DNA of 34,540 bases. Source: a virus. Its lineage: Duplodnaviria > Caudoviricetes. The first letter of the stretch is position 1, and every line of letters begins with the position of its first letter. The stretch spans positions 1 to 34,540 of IMG/VR virus record IMGVR_UViG_3300032328_000724. The stretch is one strand, 5' to 3'. Of this stretch, positions 27,557 through 34,540 are shown piece after piece. The notes under the pieces were generated by a model. It did no database searches. It was not told where the DNA came from and worked only from the letters and a program-made list of their open reading frames with translations. Made by a program: the position numbers and the translations under genes.

Positions 27557-29284
27557 ATGATTGAGCCCGACGACATCTACAATAAGACTTTATTCGGCGC
27601 GGAAGCGGTTTTCGCTGAAGTTCGTGACGACATCATCCGTACGGTATCGAGTTCTTACCGTACTCTTCCGATACCGAGTGTTCTAAATCGAATCCGTTCG
27701 CTTTGGGCATCGTCATCGGTGGTTTTGGTTGACCACTTGGCCGATACTAATTTAGCTGCTTGGGTCGGTGGAATTGACTCAGTTTCGAAGCAGTTTCCAG
27801 CATGGCTATGGCAACACTTCACGCATCAGCTATGGGGAGGGAAGCAACCAGAGCCGTTTGAGCTGAATTTGTTTCCACACTTCCGAGACAATGACTCGCT
27901 CAAGACGCTTCGGTTGCCGATTATCGACAAAGCAGTCTCGAATTTGATTCGTCGCAATGTGATGACGCGACCGCAATGGGACTTGGCTCGAGAGGAAGAG
28001 CAGAAGAAAGCGTTTTTCATTACTGCCGATCTTGGCGAAAAGGCGATCGAGACTATCCGCGACGTGCTTGTCGAGGATGTTTCAGCCGGTCAAACGATCC
28101 GAGCTTTCCAGCAAAAGCTAGCCGAGTCGATCGAGGGTTCGGCATTGCATCCGGCACACGTTGAAAACATTTACCGGACCAACGTACAAGCAGCGTATCG
28201 CGATGGCAAAGAGACCATGGCATCGCATCCTATCGTGGCGGGATTGTTTCCCTATCAACGGTACACTTGCAATCACGATGCACGTACACGGACGACGCAC
28301 AGAGCCCTAGAGCGTTTGGGGCTCAATGGTACCGGGATCTATCGGCGCGACGATCCTTTTTGGGACTTCTATACTCCCCCATGGGGCTACCAATGCCGAT
28401 GCGGAACCATGCTCTTGACGATCGAGCAAGCCGCACGGTTAGGGGTACGCGAAGCGATGGACTGGTTACGTTCGGGACGTCCACCGGCACAACCGGAGCA
28501 CAGGCTCGAGCATATTCCATTCCCACCGGAACCAGGGTTTGGGTATCGCGGTATCGTTCGAATGTCGTCAGTCGATCGAGCTGGACACAAACACAAAGGA
28601 AAAGGCCAAGGCGGGGGGCAGTTTACCAGCGACGGAGACGGGGCGCAGAAAACGCCGGCTCAAACTTCCAAAACGGGGCAAAAGCCGACAGGAAAGGCAA
28701 AAGCGGTAAAAGCACCTGCGAAGGTTGCCGAGTTGCATCCAGCGGTTTTGGCGAAAGCAGCGGAGCAAGGCGACTCGCCGGAACATCGGGAAGCCCGTAC
28801 GGTCGTCGCCAAGCACTATTTCGCGAATATGGCAGTTGCGTACGACCACAAGACCGGGACCATGGTACCGCTAAAGCCTAGCACGCAGGAGGGCATGTTA
28901 GACGGGATCGATCTGAGCAAGCCCGTTACACTTGGTCCCCCTCCAGCGATTCCGCCACCAAGAAAGATGGTTCAGTGGCAAGCGGAAGGGGGCTATCGCG
29001 GTTCGTACTTTAGTGTTGAAGGGGTGAAGCCACAGGAGTTAGGGATTTATGAACAAGCAACAGCTTGGACGCTTCCAGGTCAGCCGGTTTTACCCAGGAG
29101 GCAAAAAGCCTACGACACCAAAAAAGCCAAGCTCGATCGAATCAGTTATTTGCAGAGCGTAACGGCACCTACGATCGATACATGGTCGGTACCGGGAAAG
29201 CACGTAGCAGTAGCGGGGGGCGGTCCACAATGGTACGTTCCCGTAGCTGCTCACCCACAAGTTAGGATTCCAGTTACAAAATGA
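27557..29284 (+). CDS. MuF (SPP1 gp7-like) head morphogenesis protein with C-terminal Ntox46/Tse6-like NAD(P)+ glycohydrolase toxin
   Basis: MuF motifs IYRTNVQAAY, DARTRTTH, DDPFW...PPWGYQCRC. Toxin motifs GIDLSKPV, VQWQ, GSYF, PQELGI, SVTAPTIDTWS, GGGPQ. Confidence 0.82.
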   Translation: MIEPDDIYNKTLFGAEAVFAEVRDDIIRTVSSSYRTLPIPSVLNRIRSLWASSSVVLVDHLADTNLAAWVGGIDSVSKQFPAWLWQHFTHQLWGGKQPEPFELNLFPHFRDNDSLKTLRLPIIDKAVSNLIRRNVMTRPQWDLAREEEQKKAFFITADLGEKAIETIRDVLVEDVSAGQTIRAFQQKLAESIEGSALHPAHVENIYRTNVQAAYRDGKETMASHPIVAGLFPYQRYTCNHDARTRTTHRALERLGLNGTGIYRRDDPFWDFYTPPWGYQCRCGTMLLTIEQAARLGVREAMDWLRSGRPPAQPEHRLEHIPFPPEPGFGYRGIVRMSSVDRAGHKHKGKGQGGGQFTSDGDGAQKTPAQTSKTGQKPTGKAKAVKAPAKVAELHPAVLAKAAEQGDSPEHREARTVVAKHYFANMAVAYDHKTGTMVPLKPSTQEGMLDGIDLSKPVTLGPPPAIPPPRKMVQWQAEGGYRGSYFSVEGVKPQELGIYEQATAWTLPGQPVLPRRQKAYDTKKAKLDRISYLQSVTAPTIDTWSVPGKHVAVAGGGPQWYVPVAAHPQVRIPVTK

Positions 29285-29517
29285 GCAAGATACAGGAAGC
29301 GATCCAACACACGGAAGCCTATTTGAAGTTGTCGCAGGATCCGGCAATGGTCGCAGTACTCGCACAACTCAAGCAAGCTCTTGATGGCAAGCCGCAACCA
29401 TTGTGTTCCATCGGTCGCATTGTGACGTCCAACTACGTTCCAGCTCCAGTAGCCGAGCTTGAGGATTGGGTCGATCTAGTTTTGGAAGCATGGAAGGAAA
29501 TCAAGGCACGGAAATGA
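29281..29517 (+). CDS. putative immunity protein (Tsi6-like)
   Basis: 78 aa, all-helical, overlaps the toxin stop; AVLAQL and SIGRIVTSNY resemble Tsi6 motifs. Confidence 0.6.
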   Translation: MSKIQEAIQHTEAYLKLSQDPAMVAVLAQLKQALDGKPQPLCSIGRIVTSNYVPAPVAELEDWVDLVLEAWKEIKARK

Positions 29518-30806
29518 TTGGTTCATTTAATTGGCTCGTAGACGGTAAGCCTGTCTATTTCGACCAAACAAGCCAACAGCAATTCATCGACTGCCCAAGG
29601 GGATGCAACAGCGGTCGAGCTGTTTTTGTCATGCGAGAAGAGGATGCAGACGCAATCGGAGAAGACGCGGTAAGCTTCGAGGCGACGTTTATCGATGAGG
29701 ATGCTAAAGAGGGCGATGAGCCGCAAGTATTCACTTGGCAGGGGTACTATCTATGTTCGCGGTTGAAAGAGCTGGAATCCGGTAATGTGGTAGTGGAGTT
29801 TCGCGACAAGCGAGTTTTGCTCGAGCGTGGCACGGTGAACACCGAGTACAACACGATCAACCTAGTCGCGTACGAGCCGGGGGGAAGCACGACAACTTAT
29901 AACTTCTATGTAGATGAGTTCTGCCGAGCTTCGAACACTCCCCACACCTTTGTGCAAATTGTCGAAGCTATCTTCGATGAGACTGAGCTAGAATATCCTG
30001 GTTGTCCGTCGGTCGCAGTTTCTCCCATAACGAACATTTCCGGACGTGGCAATTGTGCGACCATCTTGCAAGGCTTGCTTGCTTCTGTCGGGCTCGACAT
30101 GATATTCGATCCTTTCGCCGGTACCGTCAGCATTGTCCGATTGACGGATTCGCACGACGTTAGCGCACGTGAAGAGGCAACAGCCGACGGGCGAATCGTC
30201 TATCCAGGGCAGTTTAACGACGATGATGCAACGAAGCAGCATATTGGGAAGGCAAAAATACTTCCATCTGACTATTTCCCTGTTCAATTCGTGGAAGAGG
30301 ATGAAGCGACGTTTGGGGATGGTGGCTCTTCGATCAACATTCGAGACTACCAACTAGCCGACGACATCACACGTACCGTAAAGACCGCACGGTTAACGGA
30401 AATCGAAGCAGCTTTGGACGCATGGTACCAGTACCAAGACGAAACATTCACCGAGTACTTATGGGGCATTGTGGAGCAGGTACCGGGAGCACGAATCTAC
30501 CATACGACGTGGATGCTCAAACACGAAGAGAACGGAACGCACACAAAGCTACGCAACTACGTTCCCCCGATACCATGGGCAGCGAGAACCGAGTTCCGCC
30601 GAAAGGGACCACGACGGGGGAAAACTCGAGAAGTGGTTGACGGGACGCTCAAATTGGTCGAGTACTACAAGCAGAGCAATACGGGCTCTTACACGGCAAC
30701 AAACAAAGACATAAAAGCAGTCACAATAGGGACCAACATCGCGATAGACAAGACTGTCGCGTTTTGGGAAGGTGAAAGAACGTATCTAGCGCTGGAGGTA
30801 TGTTAA
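29514..30806 (+). CDS. putative tail-tip/baseplate hub protein
   Basis: ATGA overlap at 29514; VEFRDKR...YN, TFVQIVEAIF, ATILQGLLASVGLDMIFDP pattern typical of hub proteins. Confidence 0.5.
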   Translation: MIGSFNWLVDGKPVYFDQTSQQQFIDCPRGCNSGRAVFVMREEDADAIGEDAVSFEATFIDEDAKEGDEPQVFTWQGYYLCSRLKELESGNVVVEFRDKRVLLERGTVNTEYNTINLVAYEPGGSTTTYNFYVDEFCRASNTPHTFVQIVEAIFDETELEYPGCPSVAVSPITNISGRGNCATILQGLLASVGLDMIFDPFAGTVSIVRLTDSHDVSAREEATADGRIVYPGQFNDDDATKQHIGKAKILPSDYFPVQFVEEDEATFGDGGSSINIRDYQLADDITRTVKTARLTEIEAALDAWYQYQDETFTEYLWGIVEQVPGARIYHTTWMLKHEENGTHTKLRNYVPPIPWAARTEFRRKGPRRGKTREVVDGTLKLVEYYKQSNTGSYTATNKDIKAVTIGTNIAIDKTVAFWEGERTYLALEVC

Positions 30807-31814
30807 ATGGGAGGACTTGGATATTGCTGTTGTGACGAAGAAAGTTGCGACATTGCACAAGACGACTTCAATCGAGCTAATTCAACCGACCTTGGATCGG
30901 GATGGACAGCAGCGACTCGAGACAATTTCTCGATCGTAAGCAATCAAGCTGTTGCCGATACAACTGACGCGGCGATATTCGATACGCTTCATCCGGATCC
31001 AGACCCATCGGGAATAGCGATCGTGAAGACGATCGACGAAGTATTTGACAGCGGGGCGACGTATCGCGTTATTTGTAACGCGGTCGATGCGAGTAATTAT
31101 CACTGGTGTGACTTTACCCGAAACGCTGGAGACACGTCGGTATTAGCCATCGGAAAGCGTACCAGCGGGGTAGATACTACGATCAAAAGCGCCACGATTG
31201 TTGGCTTGAGCAATTTATCTCGAGATTTGCAAGTTCGTATTGCTCCAGGGGAGCTATGCGGAATGGTCTCAAACGCGACTCTTTCGTTTGTTGGAAAAGA
31301 TGCAACGCCATTCCCGACGGGCTATCGTATCGGAATGAAAGCGAGTGTAGCGGGGCTCAAGTTCGACGACATCCGTTTCGTCCAGCATAACGAAACGTTC
31401 GAGACATGTCCCGTGTGTATCTGTAAATGCGATACGTCATATATTCCACCGGTGCTAAACGCTCGTTTCCAGGGGTTTGGTCCGAGAATGGAAGCATTGA
31501 GTTGCGATACTCAGTTAGTCTACGATCGAGTAGATAGCACCTGGAAAGGGGACGCTTGCGGATGCTTTACCGGTAGAGTGCGATGGACGTGTCCAGCAGT
31601 AGACAACGATCCGCTTGAGGCAATCTTGCTCCTATTAGACAGCGGTTGTACTAACTCCGATGGTTTTCACGGTGGGTCGAGACTTCCGTCAACTGCTACG
31701 TGCAATCCAATCTCCATACTTTATGGACCGTACACTGTCGCGGGATCCGACCTTTCGTGTGGTTGCGGTCCAATTTTTTCCGCAGGATCATACACAGTTA
31801 CGATAACGGCATGA
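30807..31814 (+). CDS. cysteine-rich putative virion/receptor-binding protein with concanavalin-like beta-sandwich
   Basis: 19 Cys in 335 aa (YCCC, CPVCICKC, CGC twice); DDFNRAN...LGSGW and GYRIGM...FDDI lectin-fold motifs. Confidence 0.55.
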   Translation: MGGLGYCCCDEESCDIAQDDFNRANSTDLGSGWTAATRDNFSIVSNQAVADTTDAAIFDTLHPDPDPSGIAIVKTIDEVFDSGATYRVICNAVDASNYHWCDFTRNAGDTSVLAIGKRTSGVDTTIKSATIVGLSNLSRDLQVRIAPGELCGMVSNATLSFVGKDATPFPTGYRIGMKASVAGLKFDDIRFVQHNETFETCPVCICKCDTSYIPPVLNARFQGFGPRMEALSCDTQLVYDRVDSTWKGDACGCFTGRVRWTCPAVDNDPLEAILLLLDSGCTNSDGFHGGSRLPSTATCNPISILYGPYTVAGSDLSCGCGPIFSAGSYTVTITA

Positions 31815-32980
31815 GCACTTGTAAGTTAAAACGTGTGTCCCCTCCATGCGATTGCCCTATCGCTGGTTTCTGCAAACGTCACAAGGTAAACAAGGGAGAA
31901 CACTGGAGAAAGCTTTGCCAAACCGATGAAAAGTATCGGCAAGCATGGGACGACAATACAGGACCGGGGCAACTTGTCCCAGGTATCGACTACTTTTCGT
32001 TAACACCAGTCGATTACGGCGCGTACCATAAGCATTGGCGTGAATGGCACACAATCGCGAATCCAAGTTGGGTTTGGCTATTGGATTGGATCGAGCGTAT
32101 TCCCGGTTGCGTGACGTGCAAGGATGACATGCGACGATGGATCGAAGTAAATAGACCACGATTCGACGACTGGAAAGCGTACAGTTGTGAAGGGCATAAC
32201 CACGTCAATCGCAAGCTTCTGAAGCCAGAGCTAACAGTTGAGGAAGCGAAAGAACGATGGAAAAACTCTTCATACGTGTATCTTCCAAACGCCGATCGGC
32301 AACAACCCTCGATCGAGTGTGTCGTCGCGGTGACATCGATCGGCCCCAAGCATTTCGAAAAGCAGTTGGAAGCGGTCGCGACATGGAAGCGATTAGGGCT
32401 CACTGTCGTATCGGTAAACACGTCCGAGGAAGTCGATAAGCTTCGGGAAGTATTCACCCAGGTCGACGAATGGATAGCTAACGACGTGCTTGGTACGTTC
32501 TACGCAAAGCCGACGCAACCGATCAATCGATTGCTGGACGTCGCGATTGCAAAACAAAAACCGGTACTACTGATCAACTCCGACATTCGCATCATTGGGG
32601 ACCAGTCGACCATTGTCGACATCGTCAAAGCCGGGAAATCAGCGATAGGCATACGGCATAACTTCAAGGACTCCCCAACCGATGCAATCCAAGAGGTTTG
32701 GGGGCTTGATGCTTTTCTGGTTTGGCCTGATCAAGTCGAGAACCTACCGGAAGTGGTTTTTTCGGTTGGTCGCCCAATGTGGGACTATTGGCTAGGGTGG
32801 ATCCTTGGGAGAGACAAGCGTGAAACCGAATGGATTGGGCAACCTTATTTTTTCCATTTGGCTCACCCAGTTGCCTGGACGAAGGAAGATTGTCAGCGTG
32901 GTCATAAACACTTCGTTAGCAAGTTTGGACCGTGCAACTGGATGGCATGGAGACAGCTTTCGCCGTGTTGGAAGGGCTAG
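31811..32980 (+). CDS. fusion: Cys-rich N-terminus + Erv1/ALR-like sulfhydryl oxidase + GT-A glycosyltransferase-like domain
   Basis: WREWH, PGCVTCKDD (CxxC), CEGHNHVNRKLLKP...W; then VAVTSI, INSDI, GLDAF, GRPMWDYW. Start at ATG 31811 (ATGA overlap). Confidence 0.72.
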   Translation: MSTCKLKRVSPPCDCPIAGFCKRHKVNKGEHWRKLCQTDEKYRQAWDDNTGPGQLVPGIDYFSLTPVDYGAYHKHWREWHTIANPSWVWLLDWIERIPGCVTCKDDMRRWIEVNRPRFDDWKAYSCEGHNHVNRKLLKPELTVEEAKERWKNSSYVYLPNADRQQPSIECVVAVTSIGPKHFEKQLEAVATWKRLGLTVVSVNTSEEVDKLREVFTQVDEWIANDVLGTFYAKPTQPINRLLDVAIAKQKPVLLINSDIRIIGDQSTIVDIVKAGKSAIGIRHNFKDSPTDAIQEVWGLDAFLVWPDQVENLPEVVFSVGRPMWDYWLGWILGRDKRETEWIGQPYFFHLAHPVAWTKEDCQRGHKHFVSKFGPCNWMAWRQLSPCWKG

Positions 32981-33001
32981 CACTAGGATACTTGTAAAAA
33001 A

Positions 33002-33031
33002 GTAGTGACAGCGTGTTGACAACGTCACTAC
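33002..33031. promoter_or_regulatory. palindromic operator GTAGTGAC-N14-GTCACTAC flanking the -35 box
   Basis: Perfect 8-bp inverted repeat read directly from the sequence. Confidence 0.65.
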
Positions 33032-33044
33032 GGCAGCGTACATT
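33016..33044 (+). promoter_or_regulatory. sigma70-type promoter of the early operon
   Basis: TTGACA-N17-TACATT with an A-tract upstream. Confidence 0.75.
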
Positions 33045-33082
33045 TCCACCGGTTCAGTTTCTTTACACGAACGGGGGATAGT

Positions 33083-33376
33083 ATGACAACGGGCAATCCA
33101 AAGGCAAACGAAGAGGAAACAAATGCGACTAGCGCTTTGGCAGCGACAATTGAAGCCTTCTGTGTCGACGCAATGCGTGTGATGGTGTCTACTGGTCGCT
33201 TAGACGAAAATCAGTCTCGACAATGCCTAGCTTCGGCAATGGTGTACGTCATCTGCAAATTAGTAGCTCCAGGTACACCAGATGGGCAAGTCGGGGTTCA
33301 ACTGCTTTACGATGCAATGACTACGACCTTCAATCGAAAGATTGATGAATTGCGAGGGTCGAATGAGCGTAATTAA
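33083..33376 (+). CDS. hypothetical protein
   Basis: GGGGG RBS; first gene after the promoter. Confidence 0.65.
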   Translation: MTTGNPKANEEETNATSALAATIEAFCVDAMRVMVSTGRLDENQSRQCLASAMVYVICKLVAPGTPDGQVGVQLLYDAMTTTFNRKIDELRGSNERN

Positions 33377-33539
33377 GAAGCAGCGACAGCTAGGTCGCGT
33401 AGGTACTGCGACCTGGAACAAGCTCAAGAAAGCGGCGAAGCTTGCCGAGCTTTCGTTTACCCAGTGGGCAGTTAGCCGGCTGTTGGTAGCGGCGGAAACC
33501 GAAGCACTAGAGCGAAAGGAAGCCAAGAGCGATGAATGA
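33363..33539 (+). CDS. ribbon-helix-helix DNA-binding protein
   Basis: RQLGRVGTATWNKLKKAAKLAELSFTQWA; similar to 24381..24569. Start at ATG 33363 after GAGGG. Confidence 0.7.
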   Translation: MSVIKKQRQLGRVGTATWNKLKKAAKLAELSFTQWAVSRLLVAAETEALERKEAKSDE

Positions 33540-34383
33540 TGAAGAATACTTCAATGATCACTCGAGGGTTTCTAATTCTGGTCTCAGCTTGCTCAAAGAG
33601 TCTCCTGAGTTGTATTACAAGATGATAACCGGGGAGTACGTTCGACCGGTTACGAAAGCCATGGAGTTTGGGACGCTAGTCCATTGCTTAGTTCTCGAGT
33701 CAAGTAAGTTTTCGGAAAGATATTACATTCTTCCGGAAGGCATCGATCGACGTACCAACGCGGGTAGGGCAGCGTACGACGAAGCTTTGTATGTTGCCGG
33801 CAAGAAGACGGTCATTACACGCGAAACGATTCAGGCAGCGTTAGCTTGTGCGAAGCGAATCAGATCAAACGAGACGATCGGCAAGACGCTTGAGACTTCA
33901 GACGTCGAAATCGAGCGAAAAACGTACTACCGTTTGTTCGGTCTCGAGTTTCGGTCGAAGCTTGATTGGGTCGATTCAAGGCGAAAGCTTATCATCGATA
34001 TCAAGACATGCCGTAACGCTAGCCCGAAAGCCTTTGCGATCCATGCTGCGAAGCTTGGCTATCATCGGCAAGCGGCATTATACTGCGAGGGGGCTTCGCA
34101 GGTTTGGGGAGGGCAATTTCGGTTTGTAATGGTATGCGTTTGTACAACGTATCCGTACGAAACGTCGGTTGTCGAGTGGGACGACTACGGACTTGCTAGG
34201 GGCATGCAAGATGCAGCAGCATTGTGCGAGCAACTAAAGATCCGCACGTTGACCGACAATTGGAAACCAGACTATTCGAAGGGACCGGCACCTACGAAAA
34301 TTACCGTACCAAAATGGTTGGAACGTCCGGAAATGGAAGATTTGTTTTTCAAGGACTTATTAGAAGGGCAAGACAATGAGTAA
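33532..34383 (+). CDS. RecE/exonuclease VIII-like PD-(D/E)XK nuclease (DUF3799-like)
   Basis: SNSGL, FGTLVHCLVLE, RSKLDW, IIDIKT, YHRQAALY motifs. Confidence 0.88.
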   Translation: MNDEEYFNDHSRVSNSGLSLLKESPELYYKMITGEYVRPVTKAMEFGTLVHCLVLESSKFSERYYILPEGIDRRTNAGRAAYDEALYVAGKKTVITRETIQAALACAKRIRSNETIGKTLETSDVEIERKTYYRLFGLEFRSKLDWVDSRRKLIIDIKTCRNASPKAFAIHAAKLGYHRQAALYCEGASQVWGGQFRFVMVCVCTTYPYETSVVEWDDYGLARGMQDAAALCEQLKIRTLTDNWKPDYSKGPAPTKITVPKWLERPEMEDLFFKDLLEGQDNE

Positions 34384-34540
34384 CGAATTGAGTACCACAG
34401 CGAACCAGGGTACCGGGGGTGCACTTGCTAACGCGGTCGCTTCTCGAGAAATCGCTGAGATTCAAGGGGCGATGACGATGGCGAAACGCTTTCCGAGGAA
34501 CGAATCGGAAGCGTTAGACAAGATCATTGCAGCATGCAAG
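34376..34540 (+). CDS. 3'-truncated putative ssDNA-annealing/recombination partner of the RecE-like nuclease
   Basis: Not in the ORF track; reads MSNELSTT...REIAEIQGAMTMAKRFPRNESEALDKIIAACK to the window end; position after the exonuclease. Confidence 0.55.
   Translation, partial: MSNELSTTANQGTGGALANAVASREIAEIQGAMTMAKRFPRNESEALDKIIAACK

Noticed and set aside
28267-28881. 204-aa alternative-frame ORF inside MuF
   Set aside because: Arg/Ser-rich off-frame translation with no motif.
1-34540. tRNA, rRNA, intron or diversity-generating retroelement
   Set aside because: Coding density leaves little room; no cloverleaf, reverse transcriptase or template/variable repeat pair seen by eye.

Overview
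A 34.5 kb, almost entirely plus-strand segment of a tailed dsDNA bacteriophage or prophage with a Mu-like/lambda-like hybrid morphogenesis module. The host may be a planctomycete, but this is a weak inference. Gene order: partial propeller-like virion protein, terminase small and large subunits, Xis/MerR-like HTH, beta-rich virion protein, 9-bp repeat array, Mu gpI-like protease/scaffold, decoration protein, lambda gpE-like capsid, neck/tail genes, then a 2370-aa protein whose N-terminus looks like the portal, fused to a DarB-like N6-adenine methyltransferase + SF2 helicase. After that come an accessory operon with a permuted zeta-toxin-like kinase, a MuF protein ending in a Tse6/Ntox46-like NADase with a Tsi6-like immunity gene, tail-tip genes, and an early operon (RHH regulator, RecE-like nuclease, partial annealing protein). 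Highlights: (1) an Erv1/ALR-type sulfhydryl oxidase domain fused to a glycosyltransferase-like domain, directly behind a 19-Cys putative virion protein, suggesting a phage-encoded cytoplasmic disulfide/glycosylation pathway; (2) three putative head-loaded effectors that share an x-x-R-M-S motif with the prohead protease, suggesting protease release in the capsid; (3) short and long tail chaperones apparently encoded as separate paralogues rather than by frameshift. All family calls come from motif recognition by eye; no searches were run.
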